Below, in pieces: positions 30,632 through 41,073 of a stretch of 64,000 nt of DNA (position 1 is its first letter; each line of letters begins with the position of its first letter). Under the pieces are notes generated by a model. It saw only the letters and a list, made by a program, of their open reading frames with translations, was not told the DNA's origin and searched no databases. The stretch is from Candidatus Spongiisociaceae bacterium (GTDB lineage: Bacteria > Actinomycetota > Acidimicrobiia > Spongiisociales > Spongiisociaceae), in assembly GCA_965219685.1 (NCBI GenBank), contig CBDCOH010000002.1:2208001-2272000 (forward strand), in the 5' to 3' direction. The translations under genes and the position numbers were made by a program.

Positions 30632-32101
30632 ATGATCAATGATCACCAGATGAGCGATAAACCCCCCGCTTCCGAGGCTCCACTGGAGAGCGAGACCCGC
30701 CCCGGATCCGTAGCTGCATGCGACCTACTCGTCGAAGGGGGCATCCTGGTGACCCTGGACGAGGAACGCCGGGTCATCGAAGACGGCGCCGTAGCGATCG
30801 TGGGTGATCGCATCGTCGCGGTCGGCGAGCGAGCCGACTTCGATCACCTCCGTGCGAACTCGCGCCGCATCGTCGACTGCTCGGGGAAGTTGGTCATCCC
30901 GGGGCTGACCGACGGACACACCCACCTCTTCCAGTGCCTGGGACGGGGCCTCGGTGACGGGATGAGCCTCGTTCCCTGGCTGCGCCACTTCATGCTCCCC
31001 TACTCGCTCAACATGGACCGCCGGATCGCCGTCGCGGCCGTCCAACTAGGCGCCCTGCAGGCCGCCCTCTCGGGAACCACCATGGTGGTTGACAACCACT
31101 ACGCACCGACCGACACCGAGACGACCCTCGCCGTCGCTGCCGCGGTGGAGGAGGTAGGCATCAGGGGCGCAATCGCCCGCGGGATCTTCGGTGAGATGAA
31201 CCCCGGAGCAGAACTCATGGGGGTGCCGACCGACTTCTTCCGGTGGACCGACGCCGAGGAACTCTCCATCACCGAGGAGTGCATGGCCGAGCGGCCGGCC
31301 GGCTCGCTGGTCGAGGTGTGGCCCTGCCCCGAGAACATCGTCTACGTCACACCCGACATCATCGAGGGCTCGGCCCATCTCGCCGAGGCAGGAGGGGTCC
31401 GGTGGCACATGCACTGCTCCGAGGCTCACGACGAGATCGGCTTCTTCGAAGCGGTGCATGCGGACCGTCCGGTCGCCTGGCTCGAGAAACGGGGGGTGCT
31501 GACCCATCGGACGACGCTCGCCCACGCCATATGGCTGGATCCCGACGAGGTCTCCGCCATGGGCGGGGCCGGCGCCACGGCGGTGCACAACCCGATCTCC
31601 AACCAGTACCTCGCGTCCGGCGTCCTGCATCTGGAACCCTTGCTGTCGGCGGGGGCCAACGTGGCTCTCGGGAGCGACGGTGTCGCGGTGGCCGGACAGG
31701 ACATGTTCGAGGCGATGAAGGCCGGTGCACTCATGCACCGTGTGGCACATCTGGACTCCACCACGACCACCGTCGAGCAGTTCCTCGAGTTGGCTGCCCT
31801 GGGTGGGGCGACCATGACCGGCGTGAGCGGTGGTGTGATCGAGGCGGGCCGGGCAGCCGATCTGGTCATACTGGATGTGGACAAGGTCCGTCACACCCCA
31901 TGGAACAGGCCGGTGGCTTCGATGGTGCACTCGGGCCGCTCGGGCGACGTGGAGATGGTCGTCGTCGCCGGAGAGATCATCGTCGAGGATGGCCGCTCCA
32001 CGAAGGTCGACGAGGCGGAGGTTCGCGCCGCCGCAACTGAGGCGACCAGGCGGTTGTTCGGCGAGGCACAACTCACCGGCCTCACCAAGGACTGGCAGTA
32101 G
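30632..32101 (+). CDS. amidohydrolase (deaminase-like)
   Basis: DGHTH, HMHCSE, AHAIW, HNPISN, LGSDG. Confidence 0.9.
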   Translation: MINDHQMSDKPPASEAPLESETRPGSVAACDLLVEGGILVTLDEERRVIEDGAVAIVGDRIVAVGERADFDHLRANSRRIVDCSGKLVIPGLTDGHTHLFQCLGRGLGDGMSLVPWLRHFMLPYSLNMDRRIAVAAVQLGALQAALSGTTMVVDNHYAPTDTETTLAVAAAVEEVGIRGAIARGIFGEMNPGAELMGVPTDFFRWTDAEELSITEECMAERPAGSLVEVWPCPENIVYVTPDIIEGSAHLAEAGGVRWHMHCSEAHDEIGFFEAVHADRPVAWLEKRGVLTHRTTLAHAIWLDPDEVSAMGGAGATAVHNPISNQYLASGVLHLEPLLSAGANVALGSDGVAVAGQDMFEAMKAGALMHRVAHLDSTTTTVEQFLELAALGGATMTGVSGGVIEAGRAADLVILDVDKVRHTPWNRPVASMVHSGRSGDVEMVVVAGEIIVEDGRSTKVDEAEVRAAATEATRRLFGEAQLTGLTKDWQ

Positions 32102-32183
32102 TGGCCTGTCTGCGAAATGGCAACGACAGACCACCAGCCACCACGGGCTGACCGGAAGCGTTAGAAACAAGGAGACGAAACCG

Positions 32184-32987
32184 GTGGAGACACGCAGCGT
32201 TCGACATGGCTACACGACCGGGGCTGAAGGCAACCGCCTGCACTACCTCGACTACGGCGGCGACGGAACAACCATGATCTGCATGCACGGCGTGATCGGC
32301 AACGCCTGGAACTGGGATGCGGTGGCATCCGGCATAGGCGGTCGCCGAAGGGTGCTGGCGCTCGACTACCGGGGCTACGGCGAGAGTCAATGGTCGCCGT
32401 CGCAGGACTACCGGACCTCCGACCACGTCGCCGACCTGGCCGCTCTCGTCGAATCGCTCGGTGACGACACCGTGGACCTCATGGGCTCCTCGTGGGGCGC
32501 ACTGGTAGCCATCCAGTACGCGGCGGAGAACCCCGGCCGGGTAGGGCGGATCGTGGTAGTGGACGTGGAGGCTTCGTTCGCTCAGAGCGAGACCGACCTC
32601 TTCCCGCGACCTACCAGCCATGCCGACCACGCCGAGGTGCGAACCGGGCTCGGGTTCGCCTTCCCCAACGCCCCCGAGGAGATGCTCGAACTCACCGCCC
32701 TGACGAGTTTCGGGCCGGTAGACGGTGGACGCCTGGCCCCCAAGCACGATCCCTACTTCTTCGAACGCTGGCCGTTCCGCTCCGACGACCACTGGGACCG
32801 CCTGGAAGGGATGGAGACCCCCGCCCTGCTGGTGCACGCAGAGGACAGCTTCGTGAACTTCGATGTCATGGCCCGGATGGCCCACCGCATGCGCAACGCC
32901 ACCCTCGTGCAGGTGAAGGACAGCACCCACGTCGTACCGGTCGACAACCCGGACGGACTTGTGGAGGAACTCCTCTCGTTCTTGTAG
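32184..32987 (+). CDS. alpha/beta hydrolase
   Basis: HG, DYRGYGES, GSSWG nucleophile elbow, THVVP; AAGGAG RBS before GTG 32184. Confidence 0.88.
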   Translation: METRSVRHGYTTGAEGNRLHYLDYGGDGTTMICMHGVIGNAWNWDAVASGIGGRRRVLALDYRGYGESQWSPSQDYRTSDHVADLAALVESLGDDTVDLMGSSWGALVAIQYAAENPGRVGRIVVVDVEASFAQSETDLFPRPTSHADHAEVRTGLGFAFPNAPEEMLELTALTSFGPVDGGRLAPKHDPYFFERWPFRSDDHWDRLEGMETPALLVHAEDSFVNFDVMARMAHRMRNATLVQVKDSTHVVPVDNPDGLVEELLSFL

Positions 32988-33138
32988 CGGTTGATGAAGA
33001 CTTGCTCACCGGAATGCCTGGTGAAACGCAGGTTTTCTTCATATAGACTGGCCACCGGCTCTAGACGGATAACCCGGCCACGGATTAGATAGTCGGCAGC
33101 GCCACACCCGTGGCGCCGTCAACGCCTGTGAGGTTCAC

Positions 33139-34377
33139 TTGACCGCGTACTCGCCCGCTTCTTCGCTCGGGTGGCTTGACTTCGATGCCGCCGCGGCAGA
33201 TCGTGTCGCGCGACTATTGCACGCCCTCCGGGAGCCCGCAACGCTCGATGTCCTGGGCCTGGGATCAGTTGTCACCACCCTCTCCAACATGCTGCATCCC
33301 GGCACTTCGTACATACACACGAACCTGCGCTACCTGATGTTCGTGCCTTGGATACTCCAGCGCCTCGAAGCGGAGCGGGTTGCTCCGGGAGACTTCTCCC
33401 GGCGCCTTCGCCACGACGAAGCCCGGCTAATCGACTGCCTGCGGCATCTGGGACCGGGTCAGGGGGTGATCGGGTACCGGGCTGGTAGAAACTTGAAGCG
33501 GATGCCCAGCAGCATCTATTGGGGATCCCTCCGGGAATGGGGATTGAGACGAGTCTCGCTCAGCCTGGGCGAGTATGCGCAGCGTGCAGCCGCGATGGGC
33601 CGGTACCGGGCTGGGCGCGATGACGACGGCAACGTGACGGACCCGGACCGTTCGATATGGGTGGCGCTTCCGCCTCCCCCAGAGGGCTTTCTCCGAGACA
33701 AGATCGACTTCGAGCTGCAACCCGAGGAAGCGCGCACCCTCGTCGACAACATCCAGCGCAAGAGTCCACCGACGCTCATCTCGTCGCTGTGCGGCAAGCC
33801 GGAGATCGCCGCCGAATGCACGTACCCGTGGGACGTGCCCCAGACCAACCTGCCGCCACAGGTCGCCGAGGTACTGCGCCATGCCCGCTGCTTCTCGGAG
33901 TTGACCACCGGCTCGCAACACGCATACAACATCCTGGTCGCGCGCCGGGCCCACCAGGAACTCGATTGGGAAACCGAGGAAGTCGAACAGGCCCAACTCG
34001 GTCACCTAAGCGAGTGGGTCGAACTGGTCGGGAGTCGCCGCGACGAACTTCGCGCATGGGTCGATGACCTCCCGTCGTTCTGGGAGGTCCTTCGCAGGAA
34101 CCGCAGGAGTTCGATAAGACATGGAACACGAAACTTTGTAGCCACGATCGCGGAACTGGCGGTCAACAATCCTGAGGGGTTCGAGCACAACGAGGACGTC
34201 CACAAGGTGATCAGCCGTCGTGAGATCCGGCTGAAGTCGAATCGGGCCCGCCTGGGGAGTCGCGCCGCGCTGGAGAACTGGCACGGATCCCCCGTCGGTG
34301 GCCGGCACACCTACCGATGGTCCGTCGCCAAGGCCTACCTCGGCGAGATCGCGGACGCGCGGCGGACCGGCGCGTAA
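33139..34377 (+). CDS. DUF6361-like protein (first gene of a putative Azaca-like defence operon)
   Basis: LGWLDF, DVLGLGSV...LHPGTSYIHTNLRY, LKRMPSSIYWGSLREWG, YRWS. Confidence 0.7.
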   Translation: MTAYSPASSLGWLDFDAAAADRVARLLHALREPATLDVLGLGSVVTTLSNMLHPGTSYIHTNLRYLMFVPWILQRLEAERVAPGDFSRRLRHDEARLIDCLRHLGPGQGVIGYRAGRNLKRMPSSIYWGSLREWGLRRVSLSLGEYAQRAAAMGRYRAGRDDDGNVTDPDRSIWVALPPPPEGFLRDKIDFELQPEEARTLVDNIQRKSPPTLISSLCGKPEIAAECTYPWDVPQTNLPPQVAEVLRHARCFSELTTGSQHAYNILVARRAHQELDWETEEVEQAQLGHLSEWVELVGSRRDELRAWVDDLPSFWEVLRRNRRSSIRHGTRNFVATIAELAVNNPEGFEHNEDVHKVISRREIRLKSNRARLGSRAALENWHGSPVGGRHTYRWSVAKAYLGEIADARRTGA

Positions 34378-36215
34378 TGCTCCAACCGACGAACCGGCTA
34401 ACGCTCATCAATGCGATGCGTCCGCCGGCCGCGTTCCGGCTCGAATCAGCCATGGCGGTCACGTACACGCTCAACCTGTCGGCACTCCTCGCGGCGCCGG
34501 CCGCATTCGCAATTGCGAGCGTGGGCAACACCACGACCGATGCTGACCTCCAGACCCCTGTGGAGTTGGTCCACGCGCTCCGGACCAACGCCCACAAGCT
34601 CACCGTCTTCAGCGAGGCAGGCGAGATCAGCCTCCCACCGGCCAGCCGAGCCTTTGCCTTCCTAGAACGAGCCGTGGTACCCGTCCGCGCGCCGCGCGGA
34701 GGAATCGTCCATCCCAAGGTGTGGGTGCTGCGCTACGAGGCCTCCGCTGATCTGGAGGAGGTCAGCAAGGGTGACCACCGGCTCCGTGTGATCATCACCA
34801 GTCGCAACCTCACCTTCGATCCGAGCTGGGACACAGTACTGAGACTCGACGAGTCGGCAGATTCGCAGGGTGTAGAGCTCGGCGCGGTTGGTGAACTGTT
34901 CGAGGGACTGCTCGGCGCCGCAGTCGGTGAAATCTCCTCGGATCACTCCGATCGGGTACGTTCGCTGGCCGGAGCGCTGCGGACGGCGCGGTTCGCGCTC
35001 CCCGCCGGGGTCGATGACCTCAGGATTCACGTGTTCGGCCTCACCGCTCAGGACTCACCTCTGCCAACCGAGGTGGACCGGTCGCTGATCATCTCGCCAT
35101 TCGTGACCGACGGCTTCTTCTCCAGGCTGGGTCCACGACCGCTTGATGAACTCGTCAGCCGCCAAGGTGAGCTCGACAAGTTGGCCAAGAGCACGCTTGA
35201 TCCCATCAAGAAGGTCTGGGTCCTGGACAGTACCCTCGACGACCTCAGCGTCTCCGACACCGGCGATGCGCCTGACGACCAGGCGCGACCGCAGTACTCA
35301 CCGTCTGACCCCGGCCGGCCGCTGGTCGGGCTTCACGCCAAGGTCTTCGCCTTCGAACACGACGGTAGTGCCCGGCTGTTCGTCGGATCGGCCAATGCCA
35401 CAGGCCCTGCTTTCAATAGCAGCAACGTCGAGATCCTGGCTGAACTACGCGGGCCGCTTGCCGAGTTGGGAATCGGCCGGCTAACAGAGGGGAACGGGGA
35501 CGAGCCCGGCCTGCGCGATCTATTCGATTGTTACCGCCGCAACTGTCCGGTCCCTCCGAACGGTGACGGCTGTCACAAGCTCGATCCTGCTCGCCGCGCC
35601 ATCGCTCGCCTCCTGTTCAAGGGTTCGGCGGAGAAGAGCGGAGAGGACTGGGCCGTGACGTACTACTCGTCCGAGCCCGTCCCCAAGATCAAGGAAGTCG
35701 AGATCTGCTGCCGGCCGCTCACCAAAGCCGGGGATCGGCGCCGGATCGCACCGGCAGAGCGACTCGAGGAACGCTTCGAGACCAGCCTCGAACGCATGAG
35801 CGGCTTCCTCGCCTTCGAGCTGAGCCATCACTGCGGCGAGCAAACCGGTTTCGTGGTACCCGTGGCTCTCGAAGGTGTTCCCGAACATCGAGACCAGCAC
35901 CTGCTGAAGTTGCTCATCGGTAACGCCGAGCGCTTCCTCCGCTATCTCCTAGCCCTCCTCTACGAGGACTCGCCCCAAGTCGATATCGTCACCGTGATGC
36001 GCGCCATCGACACCGGACAATCAGCCGGTACCAGCGCGTTCAGCCTCGCAGTTCTGGAACGGCTGCTGGGAACCATGCGCCGCGACCCATCGAGGCTTCT
36101 CGGACTGCATCCACTCGTCACCGACCTCAAGGCCGACGACGCCCTTCCAGAGGGTTTCGCCAGACTCTGGGACGCGATTCACAAGGTTGCGGAAGAGGGA
36201 GCCGGTACGCGATGA
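34377..36215 (+). CDS. phospholipase D-family nuclease-like protein
   Basis: TAATG coupling; HPKVW and LHAKVF...GSANAT motifs; IISPF. Confidence 0.8.
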   Translation: MLQPTNRLTLINAMRPPAAFRLESAMAVTYTLNLSALLAAPAAFAIASVGNTTTDADLQTPVELVHALRTNAHKLTVFSEAGEISLPPASRAFAFLERAVVPVRAPRGGIVHPKVWVLRYEASADLEEVSKGDHRLRVIITSRNLTFDPSWDTVLRLDESADSQGVELGAVGELFEGLLGAAVGEISSDHSDRVRSLAGALRTARFALPAGVDDLRIHVFGLTAQDSPLPTEVDRSLIISPFVTDGFFSRLGPRPLDELVSRQGELDKLAKSTLDPIKKVWVLDSTLDDLSVSDTGDAPDDQARPQYSPSDPGRPLVGLHAKVFAFEHDGSARLFVGSANATGPAFNSSNVEILAELRGPLAELGIGRLTEGNGDEPGLRDLFDCYRRNCPVPPNGDGCHKLDPARRAIARLLFKGSAEKSGEDWAVTYYSSEPVPKIKEVEICCRPLTKAGDRRRIAPAERLEERFETSLERMSGFLAFELSHHCGEQTGFVVPVALEGVPEHRDQHLLKLLIGNAERFLRYLLALLYEDSPQVDIVTVMRAIDTGQSAGTSAFSLAVLERLLGTMRRDPSRLLGLHPLVTDLKADDALPEGFARLWDAIHKVAEEGAGTR

Positions 36216-39200
36216 CCGAGCCTCGCATCGATGTCGCCGCTACGTTGGCAGACCTGAAGGACTTCCAGCAATGCACGGCAAAGTGGGCGTTCAAGCGGAT
36301 GTTCAAGGATAACGATCCGGCGTTACGATTCCTGGTGGCGGACGAGGTCGGCCTCGGCAAGACACATGTGGCCAAGGGCGTAATCGCGCAGGTCATCGAC
36401 CATCTGGGGAGCATCGACGATGAACGCCACGACATTGTGTATGTCTGTTCGAACGGGGCGATCGCCCGACAGAACCTCAGGAAGCTCGCCCCCAAGGGCA
36501 TCAACCCCACCATCGTCGGTGTTGACCGGCTGACCATGCTCCCTCTAGTCGAACTCGACAGCGGAAGAGACGGGCAACCCGGCATCAACCTGTTGGCGAT
36601 CACCCCCGGCACGTCCTTCAAGTTCGGACTCAGCACCGGCAAGTTCACGGAACGCGCCCTCGCCTACGCGTTGTTACGCAGGGCCTGGGGCCCTGAGGTC
36701 ATGAACAAGAGAGCCCGCCACATCTTCTGGTTTGGCCTCACAAAGGGCAGTCCCGCCGACCGGGACAGGCGACTCCAGCGGTGGGGGGAGCACTTCCGCG
36801 ATCGGGTCAGAGTGTCGCGCGAGGAGTTCAATACCCGTTTGGCCCGGGTTGACAGGGAGAGGCGAGGAACCGGCAACCCACCATTGCGACAAGTGTTCGC
36901 CGAACTCGTGGACCGCCTCCGGGTTGAACCTACCTTCACCGGCCGCACCTGGTGGTTGCGGCGACATCTGATCGCGGAGGTGCGCCGGGTCATGGCGCTG
37001 GTCGGTATTGATGCGCTCCGGCCCGATCTGGTGGTACTCGACGAGTTCCAGCGTTTCAAGGACCTGATGCGACCCGATGCCGACGATCTCGCCGGAGAGC
37101 TTGCACAGGGTCTCTTCAACTACCGCGACCCCGAGACCGGGAGGCCGACTCGGACCCTGTTGCTCTCGGCCACTCCCTACCGCATGTACACGACGGCCGA
37201 CGACGCCGACGCCGACCATTACAAGGACTTCCTGGACACCTGCAAGTTCCTCTACCAGGATGCCGAGCGTGTCGAAGGACTGAGACGTCGTTTCGCCGGT
37301 CTTCGCGATGCACTCACCGCGTCGGCTGTGCTCGACGACACCGAGGCGCCGCTGGCTAACGCGGCGCGCATCTGCCACGAGATCGGGTCGGACCTGCGGC
37401 AGGTCATGGCCCGTACCGAGCGGCTGGCTGCTACCCCGGACCGGGACGGGATGCTCGAGGAGCCCACCGTTCCCGTGGCGGTCGCGCCCGACGACATCCG
37501 CTCGTACCTACGCATCGGCGACCTCGCGCAAATCGTCAGCCACCACGATCCCACCGAGTACTGGAAGTCCGCCCCGTACCTGGTGAACTTCATGGAGCAC
37601 TACAAGCTCAAGCAGGCTATAGAGGGAGCTGTCGCGGAGGGCCTATTGGTCGAGGACGGGAGGCTCGACCCGGGTCCCGGCCTGTTGAGTTGGGAGGATG
37701 TGGAGCGTTACCAGCGCGTCGACCCCCAGAACGGGCGGCTTCGATGGCTAACAGACGACCTCGAAGCCTCCCGTGCCTTCGAGCTTCTGTGGGTCCCACC
37801 ATCGATTCGCTACTACGAGACCGGATCGGTCTACGAATCTGCAGAGGCACGCCGGTTCACCAAGCGCCTGATCTTCTCCGGTTGGCGGGTCGTGCCGAAG
37901 GTCGTCTCGTCGCTGGTCAGTTTCGAAGCCGAGCGCCGTGCCTTCGCGAGCCGTGAGCACGGTTACTCGGCCCGGTACCGGCAGCGTGGCGGCCAGCGCC
38001 TCACGTTCCGAACCAGCGAGAGGACAGCCGCGGAGACTCGTGCCGGTGAGTCTTCAGCCGAGCGTCGCGCCGCCTCGATGACGACATTCCTGCTCGTGTG
38101 GCCAAGCCTCAGTCTCGCTGAGGTGGGTGACCCGCGAGCGCTGCAATCCGAACGACGGGATCGCGATTCCGTGATCGCCACAATCTCAGCGCGAGTGGAA
38201 GCGGCTCTTGAGCCACTCGCTCGCTCGGCACCCTCCGAGGGACCGGTCGATCGGCGCTGGTACTGGGCCGCCCCGCTGCTGTTTGATCACCAGCGTCACC
38301 GTACGGTTGTCGACCGGCTGCTATCCGACCGGTCGGCAGGGCTCTGGGAGGGCGATAGGGCCGACGTGAACTTCCGGGCGCATCTCGCCGAGGCCCGAGC
38401 CATGGTCGAGTACGGGCCGACAGCCCTCGGACGGCGTCCCGAGGACCTCTACGAGGTGCTGGCCGAACTGGCGCTCGGTGGGCCGGCGCAGTGTGCGCTC
38501 CGGGCGGTCAACTCGGTCGTGGGGCTTCCCGCCGCTCATGAGTCGGTGCTGTCGAGCGCGATCCGAATCGGTGAGGCCTTCAGGAGCTTCTTCAACGCCC
38601 CGGAGGTGACAGCGTTAGTCACTGCCGCTCGATCGGAGCGACCCGGCTCCGAGGGAGGCGTTGCCCGGTACTGGCGTGAGGTCGTGGGTCATTCGATCGA
38701 CGGGAACCTGCAGGCCTTGCTGGACGAGCACGCTCACATCCTGCGCGACTGGCTCGGCTACGTCAGCCTCGACGGCGCAGAGCAGCGAACCAAGGCCGCC
38801 GGTGGCATCGCCTCCACGATCGGTGATGCGCTGAGGCTCCGGACCTCTGCGCTGCGGGTGGACATCCCTCGCCGCAGCGATCACGATGACGGCATCGAAC
38901 TGGAGGATCACCGCATGCGCTCTCGCTTCGCGGTGGCTTTCGGCGATCAGGTGCTCGACGAGGGAGGCCAAGCCCGGGTGGGCGCCGTGTCGGTGGCTTT
39001 CAACTCACCCTTCTGGCCGTTCGTTTTGACCTCGACCTCGGTCGGGCAGGAAGGACTGGACTTCCACCTGTGGTGCCATGCGGTGGTGCACTGGAACCTT
39101 CCCGCCAATCCCGTCGATCTCGAGCAGCGTGAAGGCCGAGTCCATCGGTACAAGTGTCACGCGGTCCGTCGCAACATCGCTGAGAAGCTCGGATCCGATC

Positions 39201-39565
39201 TGGTGAAAGACGGGACACCGGAAAGCGATCCGTGGCAGGCGCTCTTCGAGCGGGCGGCATCCGAGAGGGAACCCGACGACGGGGAGATGGTGCCCTACTG
39301 GGTGTTCCATCAGGGCCGGGCGAAGATCGACCGCCTCGTTCCGGTGCTTCCGTTCAGCCGCGAGTCGGCGAGACTTCCCAGGTTGCGGAAGTCCCTCGCC
39401 GTCTATCGCCTCGCCTTCGGCCAGCCCCGCCAGGAGGAATTGGTCGAGTTCCTAGGCGACCGCATCAGCCCCGAGCAGTTGCAGCGCTGGCTCTCGCAAC
39501 TTCGCATCGACCTGTCGCCCCCGAACGTGCCGGAGCATTTACCAAGCGGGGTTTCAGAAGCTTGA
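36212..39565 (+). CDS. SF2 (SNF2/DEAD-like) helicase
   Basis: ADEVGLGKT, DEFQ, LSATP, SVGQEGLDFH, EQREGRVHR; ATGA coupling. Confidence 0.9.
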   Translation: MTEPRIDVAATLADLKDFQQCTAKWAFKRMFKDNDPALRFLVADEVGLGKTHVAKGVIAQVIDHLGSIDDERHDIVYVCSNGAIARQNLRKLAPKGINPTIVGVDRLTMLPLVELDSGRDGQPGINLLAITPGTSFKFGLSTGKFTERALAYALLRRAWGPEVMNKRARHIFWFGLTKGSPADRDRRLQRWGEHFRDRVRVSREEFNTRLARVDRERRGTGNPPLRQVFAELVDRLRVEPTFTGRTWWLRRHLIAEVRRVMALVGIDALRPDLVVLDEFQRFKDLMRPDADDLAGELAQGLFNYRDPETGRPTRTLLLSATPYRMYTTADDADADHYKDFLDTCKFLYQDAERVEGLRRRFAGLRDALTASAVLDDTEAPLANAARICHEIGSDLRQVMARTERLAATPDRDGMLEEPTVPVAVAPDDIRSYLRIGDLAQIVSHHDPTEYWKSAPYLVNFMEHYKLKQAIEGAVAEGLLVEDGRLDPGPGLLSWEDVERYQRVDPQNGRLRWLTDDLEASRAFELLWVPPSIRYYETGSVYESAEARRFTKRLIFSGWRVVPKVVSSLVSFEAERRAFASREHGYSARYRQRGGQRLTFRTSERTAAETRAGESSAERRAASMTTFLLVWPSLSLAEVGDPRALQSERRDRDSVIATISARVEAALEPLARSAPSEGPVDRRWYWAAPLLFDHQRHRTVVDRLLSDRSAGLWEGDRADVNFRAHLAEARAMVEYGPTALGRRPEDLYEVLAELALGGPAQCALRAVNSVVGLPAAHESVLSSAIRIGEAFRSFFNAPEVTALVTAARSERPGSEGGVARYWREVVGHSIDGNLQALLDEHAHILRDWLGYVSLDGAEQRTKAAGGIASTIGDALRLRTSALRVDIPRRSDHDDGIELEDHRMRSRFAVAFGDQVLDEGGQARVGAVSVAFNSPFWPFVLTSTSVGQEGLDFHLWCHAVVHWNLPANPVDLEQREGRVHRYKCHAVRRNIAEKLGSDLVKDGTPESDPWQALFERAASEREPDDGEMVPYWVFHQGRAKIDRLVPVLPFSRESARLPRLRKSLAVYRLAFGQPRQEELVEFLGDRISPEQLQRWLSQLRIDLSPPNVPEHLPSGVSEA

Positions 39566-40855
39566 TAATGCGTGTGTTGACTCATCCGGACTGGCCCGGG
39601 TCCACAGGCGGTCTACCGGCAGGGCGATGATGCTGGCGTCTGCGCCCTTGTAGCGAATGCAGTGAGGACCCGTGTACAGCACCACACCGACCATGAACCG
39701 ATCACCGAGGGTGTCGCGCAACATGCGTAGGCCGCGCCGGTCCTTCGGGTAGATCCTCGAACCGGCCTTCACTTCGATACCGACCACCGAGCCGTCCCGA
39801 CCGTTCTCCATCACGACATCCACCTCGGCGCCGTCGTGCGTTCGCCAGTGTCCGACGTGAGGCCGGTGCTCCATCCAGGACGCCTGCTTGAGGATCTCGC
39901 CCACGACGAAAGTCTCAAGCAGATGCCCGAACTGTTGCAGGGCCGCCGGATCCAGAGCCGACAACTTGTCGGGCGGGAGGCGGAGCAACCGGGCAGCCAG
40001 ACCAGAGTCCGTGATGTGCAGTTTGGGACGCGAGCTGGTCGCCGACCGTAGCGTCCTTCCCCAGGCAGGCAGCAGGCGCACCAGGAATCCGGACTCGAAC
40101 AGCTTTACGTAGTCGGATGTGGTGCTGGCAGCCAGTCCTACCGCCCGGCCGGCGCTCGACATGTTGAGAACCTGAGCCGTCTGCGACGCCAAGCGCGCGA
40201 GTAGTTGCGCAAGCGCCGCAGGCTGCCTCACGCGACCCTCCTCCAGGAGATCACGTTCCAGGCAGAGAGCCAGGTAGTCATCGAACCAGCGAGCCCGCGC
40301 CGGCCCGGTGCGCGCCAACGCCAACGGGAACCCGCCCCTTGTGACGAGGTCCACATACTCGTCCCGTGTGGTTGCCGACGGGTCCGGTGAGACGATCGAA
40401 CCAGGATCATCCAGTAGCGCCTCGACCATATTCTCCCTCTCCCCGCCGATCTCCCCTTGGGATAGCGGAAGGATCTCCAGCCGGTGCAGGCGGCCGGTCA
40501 GCGACTGCGCAGCGAGGGGTAAGGAGTCGAAACGAGTGGAACCTGCGAGTACAAACCGGCCCGGAGACCCGTCGAGGTTCAACTCGGCCTTGATCGAGTC
40601 CAGCAGGACGGGGACATGCTGGTACTCATCGATGAACACCGGTCCGCGGCCTGCGACGAACAGCCCGGGATCGTCGCTGACCGCCGCCCGAACTGCCGGA
40701 TCGTCGAAATCCACCACACGCCCGCCGTACCGGTCAGCCAGTATCCGCAGCAGCGTGGACTTGCCGACGGAGCGCGGACCCTCGAGCAACACCACCGGCG
40801 ACTCGGCCATACGACAAACGACGATATCCTCCAGCCGCCGAGGGACCAACTCCAC
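39554..40855 (-). CDS. AAA_14/DUF4143 ATPase-nuclease
   Basis: GPRSVGKST, IDEYQ, QSLTGR, GGFP, EVDVVME...GIEVK. Confidence 0.9.
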   Translation of the reverse strand: MELVPRRLEDIVVCRMAESPVVLLEGPRSVGKSTLLRILADRYGGRVVDFDDPAVRAAVSDDPGLFVAGRGPVFIDEYQHVPVLLDSIKAELNLDGSPGRFVLAGSTRFDSLPLAAQSLTGRLHRLEILPLSQGEIGGERENMVEALLDDPGSIVSPDPSATTRDEYVDLVTRGGFPLALARTGPARARWFDDYLALCLERDLLEEGRVRQPAALAQLLARLASQTAQVLNMSSAGRAVGLAASTTSDYVKLFESGFLVRLLPAWGRTLRSATSSRPKLHITDSGLAARLLRLPPDKLSALDPAALQQFGHLLETFVVGEILKQASWMEHRPHVGHWRTHDGAEVDVVMENGRDGSVVGIEVKAGSRIYPKDRRGLRMLRDTLGDRFMVGVVLYTGPHCIRYKGADASIIALPVDRLWTRASPDESTHALSSF

Positions 40856-40865
40856 GATCAGGCAC

Positions 40866-40957
40866 CCTTCCGTGAATCTCCCAGTTATTCTACCGTGAAA
40901 TACATGGCCTTTCTACCGGTATACTCAGGAATGATCTGCCGTGACTTCCAAGTACTC
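40866..40957 (-). repeat. 23-bp-period direct repeat array (4 units) upstream of an AAA_14/DUF4143 gene
   Basis: CCTTCCGTGA 40866, TCTACCGTGA 40889, TCTACCGGTA 40912, TCTGCCGTGA 40935. Confidence 0.8.
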
Positions 40958-41073
40958 CACCGGCAAAGGTCCGAGGATTTCACCCGGTCGACCACCCGAT
41001 CCCCGAACCAGACGTGGACCTCGCTCTGGCGGCTCGTCGCGGCGCCTGTCTCAAGCGCGGCAGGGGCGCAACC

